A stretch of DNA of 64,000 nucleotides from Narcine bancroftii. Taxonomy: Eukaryota. Positions 1 through 13,955 of the stretch are shown in pieces (the stretch's first letter is position 1; every line of letters starts with the position of its first letter). The stretch covers positions 90,520,001-90,584,000 of the forward strand of contig NC_091472.1 of assembly GCF_036971445.1 (NCBI RefSeq), read 5' to 3'. The notes beneath the pieces were generated by a model that searched no databases, was not told the origin of the DNA, and worked only from the letters and a program-made list of their open reading frames with translations. Made by a program: the position numbers and the translations under genes.

Positions 1-552
1 TATTGAGTTGTCATGAAGAACCAGTGGATTCATTAATGTTTCTTAGGACATTTTTATCTAGTCTGTCCTATATGTTACTGCAGTCCCTCACACATACTGT
101 TGTCTTTGAATTACTATTGAAATAGCCCAGCAAGTTATTCATTTCCACCAGCATTTCACCAAGACAGTTAGAGACAGGAAGTAAATGCCAGCTGGCCAAC
201 AATTTCCATTTCCAGAGAAATATCTTCATAAATTGTTTTCGTCAGGACAGGAAAGCCAGCCTCCATCTGTTCCATTGGTACAGATGGAGAGCAGAGATCC
301 TGTGATACAATGTAAAGCAAAACAGGAAGCTCATTTGTTGTCTTAGCCAATATTTCTCCTTCGGAATGACTGGTTAGTCATCTTGGAGCTGTTTAGCAGA
401 ATTTTAATGTTCACAAAATAACTCATGTTTGCTTAAGAACGAGTGATGCATTGTGCATGAAACACTTTGACACGAATAAGCGTGACTTTATTGTAATAAC
501 ACATTACAAGGCATGAAGCCCTGTGTGACTGTGTAAAGCCTATTTATGCATT

Positions 553-790
553 AACATAACATAACATAACAATTACAGCACAGAAACAGGCCATTAGGCC
601 CTTCTAGTCCGCACCGAACCAAAAACCCCTTTCTAGTCCCGCCTCCCTGCACAATGCCCATAACCCTCCATCTTCTTCTCATCCATATACCTGTCCAACC
701 TTTTCTTAAATAATACAATTGACTCCGCCGCCACTATTTCTCCCGGAAGATCATTCCACACGGCTACCACTCTCTGAGTAAAGAAGTTCC
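553..790 (-). mobile_element. CR1-type LINE 3' end fragment with (AACAT)n terminal microsatellite
   Basis: AACATAACATAACATAAC followed by ACAGCACAGAAACAGGCCATTAGGCCC..., the reverse complement of a typical CR1-clade 3' UTR and tail; similar pieces recur at ~41450, ~41890 and ~43750. Confidence 0.6.
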
Positions 791-1134
791 ACTTCCCATC
801 TTTGTCTTGAATTTTGAAGCCCTATATATACAAACATATCCAAACCCTTGTTATTCTTAAAAAGTAATGGAGTGAAGATCAGAAATTTTAAAAAGTAGAG
901 AGGTAAGAACTTAAGGAGCAACTTTTCCAAAGGGATTTAATGTGGATTTCAGCCAGTACACCAGGGAGTGTTGCACTGTTAGATGCATCCTCTGGATGCA
1001 ATGTTAAACCACAACTCTGCAGGTGGCTATAACATGCCCTATGGTGTTGTTTGAAGGTCAGCAGGGGGTTCCCCATGAATCCCACTATCCATTTATGCTG
1101 CAATATAATTACAACCAATATATTTTAAAGTTGT

Positions 1135-1492
1135 AGAGAGATACAGCAGGATAACAGTCCCTTTGTTCCCATTGAGTCTGCACCAGGCATAAACCACCCA
1201 CTTACATTAGTTCTGCATTGATCCCATTTTATTCCCTCCACATTCCTACTCCACTCAGATTCTGCCACCCACCCACACACTCAAACCTATTGACAGCAGT
1301 CAGTTAACTAGCCAACTCTCACAGTTTTGGGATGTGGGAGGACTCGGGGGTGGGGGGGGGGGGGTGGGGGGTGAAGGGGAATACACTCAGTCACAGAGAG
1401 AACGTGCAAACTTCACATGGATGATGACTGGTTAAGAATGAACCCAGGCTGCTTGAGCTGTGAGGCAAGAGTTCTACCACTGAGCCACTGTT
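1135..1492 (-). mobile_element. tRNA-derived SINE (V-SINE/HE1-like), degenerate
   Basis: Minus strand begins ACAGTGGCTCAGTGGTAGAACTCTTGCCTCACAGCTCAAGCAGCCTGGGTTCATTC (A-box and B-box-like head), then GAAGTTTGCACGTTCTC, and ends in a LINE-like tail. Confidence 0.65.
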
Positions 1493-1964
1493 AAACCTGT
1501 GCCATTCATCTCTTAACTGTGTGTGGACACTGCCACTTTGCCTGACACTACAAAGGGACCACATTCCAAATATTATCTCTCCGGATATGAATCACACTGG
1601 GGCTCTCTTCACTTCTGACAGTCACATTAAACTAGTGCAACATTTTTGTGGCATTTGCAAGATATTTATAAAAGATCTAACACCTATGACCGATGCATTA
1701 AATGTGTTGCCATGAAGCTGTGAAAGTTGCTGTGTCGCACTTGTAAATTAAACCCTTGCAGCATCCATTTACCACATGGAGAGATGGTAAGAAGCAGAGC
1801 CAGAGGCTTGAGAAGGACAAATCAGCAATGATCCTCCGTTCTGAGAGTAATGAAGACTAAGAAATGCCAAAATCTGATCTTCCCCAAAAGTAACAAGAAA
1901 TATAATGGTTGATAGACTCCAGATAACAGACCTCACTTCCTGAGAAGACTGAAGCGGGAAAGGC

Positions 1965-2310
1965 TACCAAACACTATCACGTCAACCTACTACAGAGGTT
2001 CTATTGAGAATGTCCTGGCTAGCTGCATCACAGTATGGTATGGTGCTGATCGGCGGTCATCCCACGGGACCATAAGAGTGGCAGAGGATCACTGGAATCT
2101 CCCACACCTCATCATTGTCTGAAGAGGGTGCGCAAAATTATTGAGGACTCCTTCCACAGCATCTTTCAGTTGCACCCGTCAGGGAACAGACATGAATATC
2201 AGAGCCAGCACCACCAGGCTGAGAAATACCTTCTTCCCATAGGCAGTAAAAATGCTGACTGACCAAAGGAACTGCTCACACTAACCATCTGAGACTCTCA
2301 TATTTCCAAA
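1965..2310 (+). mobile_element. Rex1/Babar-like LINE 3' fragment
   Basis: Decayed coding remnants (YYRGSIENVLASCITVWYG; RASTTRLRNTFFP) resemble the C-terminus seen at 10577-11060 and 55420-55659. Confidence 0.6.
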
Positions 2311-2379
2311 GCAATATTATTAGGAAAACATTAGGAAGTCTGTTTCTTAGAGTGGGAGAATCTAACGATAAAGTGAAGG

Positions 2380-2615
2380 AATGGAATTAGAAGGGATATG
2401 AAGGGACAATTCTTCACTCAGACAGTGATGGGCATATGGAATGAGCTGCCAGTGATAGAGATTTCTATTAAGAAGCATTCGAATAATTATGTGGATGGGA
2501 GGGATTGGAAGGGGTATGGATCTAATGTGGGCAACTGGTATGAAAGCACATGGACATAATGTTTGGTGGGGACTAGCTGTGCCAGTGTGCCCATTTCCCG
2601 GTTGTGGAACTTTCT
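2380..2615 (+). mobile_element. CR1 LINE 3' fragment
   Basis: TTCTTCACTCAGACAGTGATGGGCATATGGAATGAGCTGCCA (FFTQ.V...WNELP), the CR1 ORF2 C-terminal signature, followed by a 3' UTR-like segment. Confidence 0.6.
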
Positions 2616-5084
2616 GACTTTGGCACCATGGGAAATATTTTTCAAACTGTCAGCCTAATGGTACATCAGTTGCCAATGGGCCAGATGGCAATGAGCTGAT
2701 TCCCACACTGGTCCCACTCATGTTCACACCTGCACTGAAGGACTCTGGCTGCAAAGTGCTCACCCTTGCATTGTGGTCTATGCAACATTAAGGCTCTAAT
2801 AGTTAGGAAGCTTGGGTTTGACAATGGCCTGACAGCTGTGATCAACCGCAAAGCCTTGACCCCAATTTTTTTTGCTGCCCATAAACGTTCAGAGTAATTT
2901 TTAAAATGGTCTTGCATGTCTCTAGCATTTAGATACAAATAAAATAATGTTGTCGTTGCTCTGTTTGAACTGATTTCTCCCTGTAACTCTGCAGTCTGTA
3001 CTGTTTTTAATTGTCATACTGTGTATGTGTTGACTTGCTGGTTTGAATGAAAAATGAACTTTCTTGAACCTCAGTACGTGTCAATAAATCTGAATTTGAT
3101 ACAAGTCATTATAACTGAAGTTAAAAAAATTCAAACTATCTTTATGAAATACTGAATTGTTAAACTAACAAAAAAGCTTAAAATATATATTATCAAGCAT
3201 ACAAGAGAACAGATAATTTAACATGGTTCCCTATTAAATCAAAGGACCCTCTACTCTCATCTCAGGGCCTGAGAGGTTGTTTCCTTGTGTAGAGGCTGGG
3301 GAACCCTGGAAATGTGGAACTCTGCCACTGGACTCCTTGTGGAGTCTATCAGCAAGGAATTGACTGATTCAGCATTCTCAGTCTGTCAGCTGTTGTGGCT
3401 CTTCTGCATTTTAGAGTGTGTCACATGCCCTGTTGAAACAAAACAGTTCCATGTGAAATGGCTAGCATTATTATCTTTAGCTATTGAGATCCACTGGCAT
3501 CAACCAATGTTATATGTTAATGGTCCTTGGCATTAACCATTGTTGAGTGAAAGAAGAAAGTCTGCACATGCTACATTTGTAGTTAAGCCACAAAAGAACT
3601 GGAGAAAATCAGCAGGTCCCACAGTGTCCATAGGAGCGATCAGGCCCAAAACATTGGTTTTTCTTTTCCTTCCATGGATGGTGTGGAACCTACTAAGTTT
3701 CTCCAAAATTTTTGTATATTAACATTAACCAGTATTATCTGTTTTGGAGCCAATGTGTTAAGTGTTTGCATTCATTGGCTATCTGAAAGTCGGTGTTTTC
3801 TCTTCAGAATTGATGGCACTAGTCAGTGGCAGAGGTGAAAGTAAGCATTAAGACTGGTGCAGAATACTGGAAGGAAAGAGGCCAACAACATCAGTACAAG
3901 TGGGTTAAATCAGCAATGTTAGTGATAATGACAGTACAAGTAAGAAATTTTAGTTATTTTTATCTGCGGCTCATTCCCAGGTAATCAATCTACTCTCAAT
4001 CATCACCAAGGTGATGGAAGTTGTCATCAACAATCCTATCAAGTGCCACTTATTCACCAACCTCCCTCATCTTAGGCAGTCTGTCAGGACTTGCTTCCCA
4101 ATGTCAGTTCAGTGATTTGTCAGGCTCTTTCGCAGATGAAGCAGGAGGTGTGCGACTGAATGGGCGGGGGAAGAGTTTTGACACTTACTTAGGGCTTCTG
4201 TGACTCCCCATGCACATCCTTGCATCTTTTCCTCTGTCCCCCAGTACTCTTCCTAGTTCAGCGCTTAGAACAAAATACTTACTTCAGGAGCCCAGTGTCA
4301 GGCATGGTTGGAGTGAAACACAGAAGTCTGCAGATGCTGTGATTATAGTAAAAACCCACTGAAATGCTGAGGAACTGTCTGTCTTTCAGCATCCATAAAA
4401 GACAAAGAAGAAGGGCTCAGACCCGAAATGTCAAAAATATATCTTTGTCTTTTATGGACAATGAAAGATGGGCTGAGGTCCTCCAGCATTTTGGTGTGTT
4501 TTTTAAATGATATGGCCTGCCCAGTAGAGCTGAATGAATGTAACACATGCATCAATGCCAGGGGTGTTCAGCTGGGAAGAGGACACTGATGTTGGTTTGT
4601 TTATCCTTCCAGTACATTTGGAGGGATTGTTGGAAATAGTGATGGCAAATCCTCAGTACCTTGAACTGCCCGCTGTGAATGGTGCAGGTCTCCAAAGCAT
4701 ACATTGCTAATTAATGAGATTTGTGCTAAGTTGAGGACTGACATTCAAACAGTCGTTTCCTGAATCAACCAAAGACTGTTGTTGGCACATTGAAGACCAT
4801 GATGAATTTCATCCCTTTGCTGAGAGGTGTCTCCCAAATGACAATGATAAGTTCATTTCTTTCAGAACTTTGCTGAAACCTGCCCATTTTGGGCTTTGCC
4901 ATGACCACTCAGATCCAGACTTCATCACAACCATGAACCAAAGAGCTGAATCTCACAGTTGTGGTGAGATGGCAGGTCCAGATACAAAGACAACATGTGA
5001 GTGAATGGCATCCACGCACAATTGAAGGCGATGAGTATCAGAGGGAAAAATACATCAACTGTTCAGACCAGACCACAAAGAAAA

Positions 5085-5830
5085 TGGCTGGTTGATTGAG
5101 GCCAATCATCTCAGCTCCAGAGTTCCTCAGGCAATGGCCAAGGCTCAGCCATCAGGAGGTGGAAAATGGGGATGTTTGCTGATGCAGTTCCTCAGGACAG
5201 AGCAAGACCTACACAACATCCAGGGACCTGCTGTTAAGTGACAAATAACATTCCTGCACTAGCCCTGCCAGGAAATAACCCCTTCATCTCCAGAGAGTTC
5301 AGCTCCTACTCTTCACATTCAATCTCATCTCCAATTCCCACCAACATCTAAGGAGGTTAACGCTGGCCAGAAATTCAACTGGAACAATCCCTGCTGTAGC
5401 AGTGAGCAGGCCTGCGAGGGCCATCCTGTGTCTCCTCACAATCCAACACCTTTCGGGCAATGACAAAACACATCAGGCTTATGATGGGATGTTCTACACT
5501 TGCCAAGACCAAGATATCTCCAACTATCATGAAGCCCGACAAGCCGGCACCCTTCAGGACAAGGCAGCCACTCACCACCAAAAACCTTTCCCACCGGTGG
5601 ATGCATGTGCACCATCTTCAAAATGCACCCATGCAGGCTGCTCGGACATCTCCCGAAGCCGCGTCCTTCAGCACCAGCAAGGTCTAGTGCGGTAGGCGTT
5701 CGGGGACACCACCTCCGGCAGGTTTCCCTCCAAGCTGCATCTCCCCTTCATCACGTCTGGGTCTAAATCCTGGGACCCCTGAGTACCTTCGCCAGAAGCT
5801 GAGCAGAGAGTGAAGAAGGCGACCTATTCC
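5085..5830 (+). mobile_element. Degenerate CR1/L2-clade LINE fragment
   Basis: Remnants of RT motifs (GVPQG-like at ~5120, MFADD-like at ~5172) and a 3' region ending GGGTCTAAATCCTGGGA. Confidence 0.45.
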
Positions 5831-6099
5831 CACCCCCCCCCCCCCACCACCGTGATCGAGGTATAGGGGACATTCTGATCTTGCCAGATCCCCCAAAGCG
5901 TATAAATCATCTAAAGAATGTCTGTGTTACCTGATCCAGGTATTACATTGTTATCTCTTCATTAGCCAGTGAACTGTGGCTCTACATTATTTCAACCCAA
6001 CTACATTACAACCGTGACTGTTGTTGGCACATTGGCATCGGCGTTTACCTAATGTTTGGAGAAGTGTGTTTGTGTAGCCCCGGAGTTACCTGAGGTGGC

Positions 6100-7180
<1,081 letters not shown>

Positions 7181-7559
7181 CTCACAATCCCCTTCCTACT
7201 GACAGATGCTGCATTTCCCACTCCGCCTGTTACATCTGCTTTCTCTCTCTCCATCCCTCCCCCTATATTTCTACCCTTCTTTCCACCTCCTTTCCCTCAA
7301 TCTCTCCTCTCCCTGCCCTCTTATCCCTCTCTTCCACCCTGTTTCCCCTTCTCTCAACTTTTATCTCCTTCTGCTCTGCTTCTGCCTTCTTTACTCGCTC
7401 TCTCTCTCTCTCTCTATCTTTCTGCCTTGCAACAACAAAACATCCACTCCCTCACTCCCCAAGCATCTAGAATGAGAAGACAGTAGGTCCAATATCAGTG
7501 TCAGCTCTATGGGGAGTTGCCAAGACCCTGACTCAAAGGCTAGGAGGTCCAGACTCCCT

Positions 7560-9665
7560 ATGTCCTGTACTACATTGTGATCCTGAGTGCTGCACTGTTG
7601 GAGGTGCACTGAATGGTGCTTTGAATGGTGCCTTGACACTTTTACAGGTGAAGAGTTAACTAGTGTTCTGGCCATCAACCAAAGCAAATGCTGTCCAATA
7701 TTACACCCTTAACCTACACAAATGTAACTAATGAGCTGGTCATTCTCTCTCTCTTCTGCTTACTGGATGTTGGTGACTGAATATCCCACATTGCAAACAA
7801 CTCATTACAGAGGCAAAAGAGACAATGTGCATTGTGGGTGATGCTCCGAAGAATCTGAGACCAGGAGGGCCCCTCTCACCACCAAGTCCTGGTGCTTGTT
7901 CCTGAGCACTGATGATAAGGCATTCCACTAGATGACCTGGACAGTCTGCTCCGGAACCACCCCACCATGTGAATCAAGTCCCCGTCTCTCAGTGTCTGCA
8001 GGACGTTCCATGCTGACCACTGCCTGATTGACTTGTAGTGAAAGGTCTTTGGAAAAAGTTTTCCATGGAGGATAAGTGGTGTGGCAAACTCAAGCTGATT
8101 AGAACATTGCATGGCAAGAGGACCAGACCCATTCTTCACAATTCTTGGAACAGTAAAATCTCACCACATAGTAGCAATTGGTGCCCCCATACTTTGGTTC
8201 CACGCACAGCCTGCTAAGAGTGTGCAACAAAGCATGCAAGGGACCTTGATGGGTGCAGTGCTGCTGGAGCTGGCACCTCATCGCTCTAGGCAGAGGTGGG
8301 GGGCAGCAGAGGTGGTGCCTCCCCATTTCCCTGAGTGCTAGTCTGGACATACAAGATACCTTCCTGTATCTTCTATGACCGGTCATCCTCGTTCTTCATC
8401 CTACTGTTCACTCTCAACTATACAATGTCAAATACAACATGGTGGCCACCAAGGCCAGGTCTCGTAAGACCTCCTTGTCACCGTTTTTGATGAGATCTGG
8501 CACCTAAAAGATTAGCACTGCCCCCCTGGTCCTCGTATGGTTCATTCCTAGTTGCATCGTACCATTGGACTCTCTTCATAGGACTCTTGGTTAAGGGAGT
8601 TGATTTGCCCAAAATTTTACATGGAGCCCACACTATACCCAGGGACTAGGGAGGGAGGGAAGTGGGGACCGGGGGGTGAGCGGGGACTGGGGAAAGGGAG
8701 GAGTGACCCAGCACTGAGCCAATGTGGCCAAGGTCAAGCGATGGCATTTAGACCCCCCCTGCCCCTCCTTCGGGGAGCTGCTCTCCTGTTGTCCTCCTTG
8801 AGCCCCTCTCTCCCTGGACAGTGCCTTACCTGATCGCTGTGTGTTGGTGGGGGCACTCTGTGAACATAGAGCTGCACTTGAGCTGATCTTGTTGGACCCT
8901 GACTGTGCCCCCCCTCCACTCCATGGTCTGTATCCTGGGAAGCTGCCAAGTTCACCTAATGGGAGCACTGGCCCTAGGGACAACCAGGAGAGTTAGTCAC
9001 TCTGGGGGAGGTCAGATATATCCGGCAATAGTCTGGAATGAATCAAGGATAATGGTGGATTTCAGTGATACCCAAGAGAACATCAGATGCTTTCTCTGTC
9101 CAATTTTTTTCTTCTTGCTTTTCTTGAATTTTTGCCATTGTTTTGTCTGAAATTGGGAGGGCAGTTCCCCACCCCCACCCCCCAGCTCGAACGGCTATGA
9201 TTCTCTTGTTTACAGGTTGTTCTCAGGAGTCAGATATCCAGAACTGCTGGAAGGTCATCAACTCAGTGGAAGATGCCCTTTGGTCTGCCTGAAACCTGCT
9301 GGTCTTTCAGTACATGGAGATGTCAGCATGGGAATGCTGCCAACTGGCACATTCCAGGCTGCAAGGCTATGTGCTGAGGGATACACTGAGGTTTGGCACA
9401 GTCAGTGTGAGGGTACTGTGTGCAAGGATCACAGTCTAATCCTCCCATTATTGGATATTTAGGGGCTGAGATGGAGGAGAATCCCCTCGAGCAGCAGAGG
9501 GAGGAGTAACAAGAAGATACCATAGTGATGGTAATGGTGTAAATAGAAAATTAATGTAACAATTTTCTGTGATGGAAATGTATGGATACGACACCACGGG
9601 TGTGAAGAGACTTTGAATGGCTTTAGTTTTGTAAATAGCTTATTGTGAATAGTCTATTTTTGAGC
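7560..9665 (+). mobile_element. Highly decayed Tx1-clade LINE pieces, including a 3' end
   Basis: 9225-9660 is clearly homologous to 30570-30995 (CAGAACTGCTGGAAG..CATCA.CTCAGTG.AAGA..CCCTTTGGTCTGCCTGAAACCT; 3' end GAATA..GTCTATTTT). The upstream part is only tentatively assigned. Confidence 0.5.
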
Positions 9666-10217
9666 TTGAGAGGTACATTAGCAAAAGGCTTCTTTTGTTA
9701 CCCAGCTAATCCATGCGAGCATTAATTTGTATATAAAGTGCAGTTTTCATTTTTGATCTGTTTTAATAAATGATGCCTTTCAATCTTTTAATTAATCAGG
9801 TGCAATTCAAAACAGGAAATGCTGGAGGTGCCTCACAGGTCAGGGAACATCTGTGGAGAGAGGACCTTTGAGAGCAATGACTCTTGATCAGAACCACGGA
9901 GGTCTAGGTAGCAGAGGGGAAGTGGAGGAGAGAACAGAGGGGCCGGTTGTGAGAGAGTGGAGTCCAAGGTCATTCAGGGACGAGCATGCAGTGGTTCTTG
10001 TCTGAAAGAGAGGGATGACTGCATGCAGAGCACAACTCAACTGACCAGAGGTGGTGTAAATAGAATGAGATGACTTGGGTCAGTACAAAGTGAAAACATG
10101 CAGGAACTATGAGACATTACCTGCTGGAAATACTCTGAACACCAGCCATCCCCTTTGAAGATAGACATTGAGTTAATATTATGGTTAATGATAATTACAA
10201 TGTTATGATTATAACAC

Positions 10218-11230
10218 AATCACACCTCAGTACCGAATAGGGAAGTTGGGACTGCTGGGTCTAAACACCTCCCTCTGCAATTGGATTCTTGACTTCCTGT
10301 TGGGGAGACCTCAGGCAATCCAAATTGGAAACAGAACTTTCAAGACCATTACACTGAGCACAGGCCCACCCCCCCCCCCACAGAGCTGCGTGCTTAGTCC
10401 ACTGCTGTTCACTTTGCTGACTCATGATTGTGCGTCAAAACACAGCTTGAACCACATCACTAAGTTCGATGAAGGCACGAGCGTGGTGGGCCTTATTAGT
10501 AAGAATGAGGAGTCAGTGTACAGAGATGAGGTGCAGCCACTAACAGACTGGTGCTGAGCCAACGACCTGTATCTGAATGTTAATAAAACGAAAGAAATGG
10601 TTGTCGACTTCAGGAGGGCCCCGGGGATTACTCCCTGCTGACACCCTTAATACCAGCTCCATTGTCAAGAAAGCCCAACAGCGCCTCTACATCCTGCGAA
10701 GGGTGAGGAGAGTTCATCTCTCACCCTCCATCTTCACGACATTCTACAGAGGATGTATTGAGAGCATCCTGTGCAACTGCATCACCGCCTGGTTTGGAAG
10801 CTGTAGCTCCTCAGACTGCAAGACCCTACAGAGGATAGTGAAGTCAGCGGAAAAAATCACTGGGGGCTCTCTTCCTTCCATGAAGGTCATCTACAACACT
10901 TGATGCAGGCGAAAGGCAATAAACATTGTGAAGGACTCAACACACCCCTCACATAAACTGTTCTTCCTTGTGCCATCTGGTTGGAGGTACCATAGCACTC
11001 AGGCCCTTAAGTCCAGATTGGGCAACAGTTTTTCCCCTCAAGCCATCAGGGTCCTGAATTTCCAGAACATGGGACAGAGTACAGTGGACTTTTACTGTAT
11101 ACATCTCAATATTTTAACTTCTATTTTAACTTCTATTTTAACTTATATTTATGTTCCTGGATAAATGCTATCTCATCTTTACTGTGTGATGCATGACATG
11201 AATGACAAATAAAGGTGACTTGATTTGAGT
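10218..11230 (+). mobile_element. Rex1/Babar-like LINE, 5'-truncated with an internal deletion
   Basis: ORFs 10246-10557 ([36 protein letters not shown]) and 10577-10903 (KKAQQRLY.LRR, FYRGCIESIL..CITAWFG); ends AATAAAGGTGACTTGATTTGA. Confidence 0.8.
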
Positions 11231-12151
11231 GAGAGCCATTGATTGGGGCACTTTCCTTGTTCTCTGCAAGTTATTTTCCAGTTCTGATAAAAGGTCATTG
11301 ATTTGTAATATCAACTCTCTGCACAGGCTGCCTAACCTGATATTTCTCTGGAGGAAAGTCTTCGGATACTGTGATTATAGTGCAGGGAACATGGCTCTGT
11401 AGGAAGTAAAGGTTAACCAATTTTTTTGGGGCTGAGCCTTCCATCAAAATGCTGCATTACCCATTGAGTTGCTGCAGCATTTTTGTGTATTGCAGTTATT
11501 TCTCTGTTTTTATTTCAGCTTTCTAGCATCTGCAGTATTTTTTTTCCTTTGAAAATGGATCAAAATATTTGATATATTGTCTGAGAGTGGCAAAGAAATA
11601 AATATCACCCTTGGGCAATTTTCAAATCTCACCATTGCACATTTAGGTCCTGACACCATCACTATGACAACCAATGAAAAAAAATCAAGGCAAAACACCA
11701 TCAGGAAACAGCAGATTACATGACTATAAATATATCAACACACCCACTTTCCCTCTGCCATAGGAACTGGGTTTCACTGCCACTGAATTGCATTTTAAAA
11801 CACTTGAAAGGAATTTATTTTTAAAATTAATATTATGCTATTCAAGGTGTGGAGGTGAAATTATAAAGTGGTCAAGTATTTATTACATTGAATTCCCATA
11901 AAATTTTGACATTTTACAGTCTGAGGTTGCAAAGCAAGTTGAGAAAGCTGTTAAATAGATGTTAAGATCCATGGCATAGGATCGAGGCATAAAATACAAA
12001 TACAAGGAAGCTTAGTTAAATCTTTATAAAATACTGCTTATGTTTTGTGGTCAATTTTGATGCTGCATTTTTAGAAGGATGTCAAATTTTGGGAAGGGCA
12101 CAGGTTTAAAATAGTTATGGAAAAAGTTAGGACTGGTCCAAAAGTTATGGT

Positions 12152-13955
12152 TGTAGCAGCCTGCTATCCAGGAGGCGCACTGACACACAAAATGGTGGTT
12201 GAACGCGGCGATCGAACAAGGCCCACACAAGCTAAAGGCCTTTCTCCTTGGCCGACCGCTGACACAGCAGGAACCAATCAGTGACCAGAATGCCACTGAT
12301 GTCACTTCCGTTGACAACGGCGGGAAACTGGGCCTATATAAGCGGGGGAAGAGAGTGCAATAAACCAGTCTTGTCTATTACCACATCAAGTGCATGTCAT
12401 TCTTCCACTCTCTGCTGTAGCGACTTGCTACACTGGTGATCCCGACTGGCCCAAACGGGATTTGGACCTGAAGATGACCAACCAGTCAACTCTACACACA
12501 GTTTCCTTGAAACTTCCAACATTCTGGACAGTGCAGCCTCTAGTGTGATTCGAGCAGGCCAAAGCCCAGTTCCAGCTCCAACAGATCTCCACCGACACCA
12601 TGAAGTACTACTATGTGGTGAACTCGCTTGACCAGGACACAGCAGCATGAGTCGTCAATTTCCTGCAGCAGCTTCCAGACAAGGCAAATATGAGGCTCTT
12701 AAAGAGCTTTTAGCCCAATCTCTCAGGCTCTCGCGGCGCAAGAGCACTGCCCGACTGCTGCACATGGATGGCCTGGAGTCAGGGGCCCATCTGTCCTCAT
12801 GAATGACATGCTGGCCTTGGCTCAGGGGGAGAAGGTTTTTCTGGAACATCTGCCCGAGGATATCTGATGTACTCTGGAGAGTGAAAATGGATGGCAGCTC
12901 TGTGATGGAACAGGTCGCTAGGCCACATATGGAGAGAACATTAAGGCTGCAACAACTATCAGAAATACAAGTGAACTCCCCCACCAATCAGTACTGTTTC
13001 TACCATCAGTGATGGGGTACAGAGGCCTTCTGATGCCACCACCCCCTGCATGTTTCAGGGAAATGCTGTGGCCAACAGTTGTTAGTGGCTATGGTGGTTG
13101 GCCAACGAGACAGTCTTCTCCACGCCTGGGACTCCCTCTTGGGACGGCGGTTCCTGGACGACACGAGTGCCAAGGTTAGTGCCCTTCCCCCCTCCAGCAT
13201 ATGACACCCAGAATGGAAAACCAGGCCCGGCCCTGAGGGTGGCAAACAGTGGCAGAATGAGTACCTTCAGCACCCACACCATCCCATTCAATTTTGGCAA
13301 CAGCCGGTTCACGTGGACTTTTACACTGGCGGTGGTGGCACAACCACTCCTGGGTGCAGACTTACTCTGACCCCACTGTCTACTAGTGGACCTCAAAGAG
13401 CAGCGTTTGGTGCACGCCAGGACCTTCCAGTCTTTCTCCCTGGGTGAGGCCAGACTAATGGCCCCTCATTTCAACTCTGTCACGGTGTCCGAAAAAGAGT
13501 TCACACGCATTCTTTCCAAATTCTCTTCAATCGTGACACCCCATTTTACCTTGGCTGAACCCAAGCACAGGGTACGGCACCATATTTTGACAGCGGGACC
13601 TCCACTCCACACCAGGGCGTGCTGCCTTCCTCCTGAGAAAACCGCACAAAAGAGGAATTCAAAACAATGGAGGAACTGGAAATAGTGCGACTGTCCAACA
13701 GTCCTTGGGCTCATGGTACCAAAGGCAGCGGGAGGGTGGAGGGCATGCGGAGACTACCATCGCCTCAACAAAGCCTCCACACCAGATAGATATCCTGTAC
13801 TACATATACAGGATTTCACTGCAAATCTACAAGGGGCACAAATATTTTCCAAGGTCAACCTTATTCGGGGCTTTCATCAAATACCAGTCCACCCTGGATG
13901 ACTTCATTAAGACTGGATCCTCACCCACTTTGGGATGCTCAAGTTCCTAAGGATG
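12152..13955 (+). mobile_element. Gypsy LTR retrotransposon, CsRn1-like: 5' LTR, PBS, decayed gag, protease and start of RT; 3'-truncated
   Basis: LTR 12152-12432 bounded by TGTAGC...GCTACA, with TATATAA and AATAAA inside. PBS TGGTGATCCCGAC (12434-12446) is close to the tRNA-Trp complement. Gag remnant VSLKLPTFW, CFYHQ.WG....C..PC knuckle, and RT start MVPKAAGGWRACGDYHRLN. Confidence 0.88.

Noticed and set aside
261-289. Hairpin with a 10-bp stem, CTCCATCTGT...ACAGATGGAG
   Set aside because: Too short for a pre-miRNA and within chance expectation for 64 kb; no other support.
168-350. Minus-strand ORF containing LTKTI plus an acceptor-like ...TATCACAG, considered as TMEM178A exon 2
   Set aside because: Splicing in the required phase gives an unrelated peptide ending in a stop, and the expected exon-2 motifs are absent. 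The LTKTI match is in the wrong frame and is probably chance.
4318-4505. Short recurring repeats with ...GAAGGGCTCAGACCCGAAA... (also ~9810, ~11400, ~41580, ~44740, ~46320), possibly Penelope-derived
   Set aside because: Clearly interspersed but too decayed to assign a family or boundaries with confidence.
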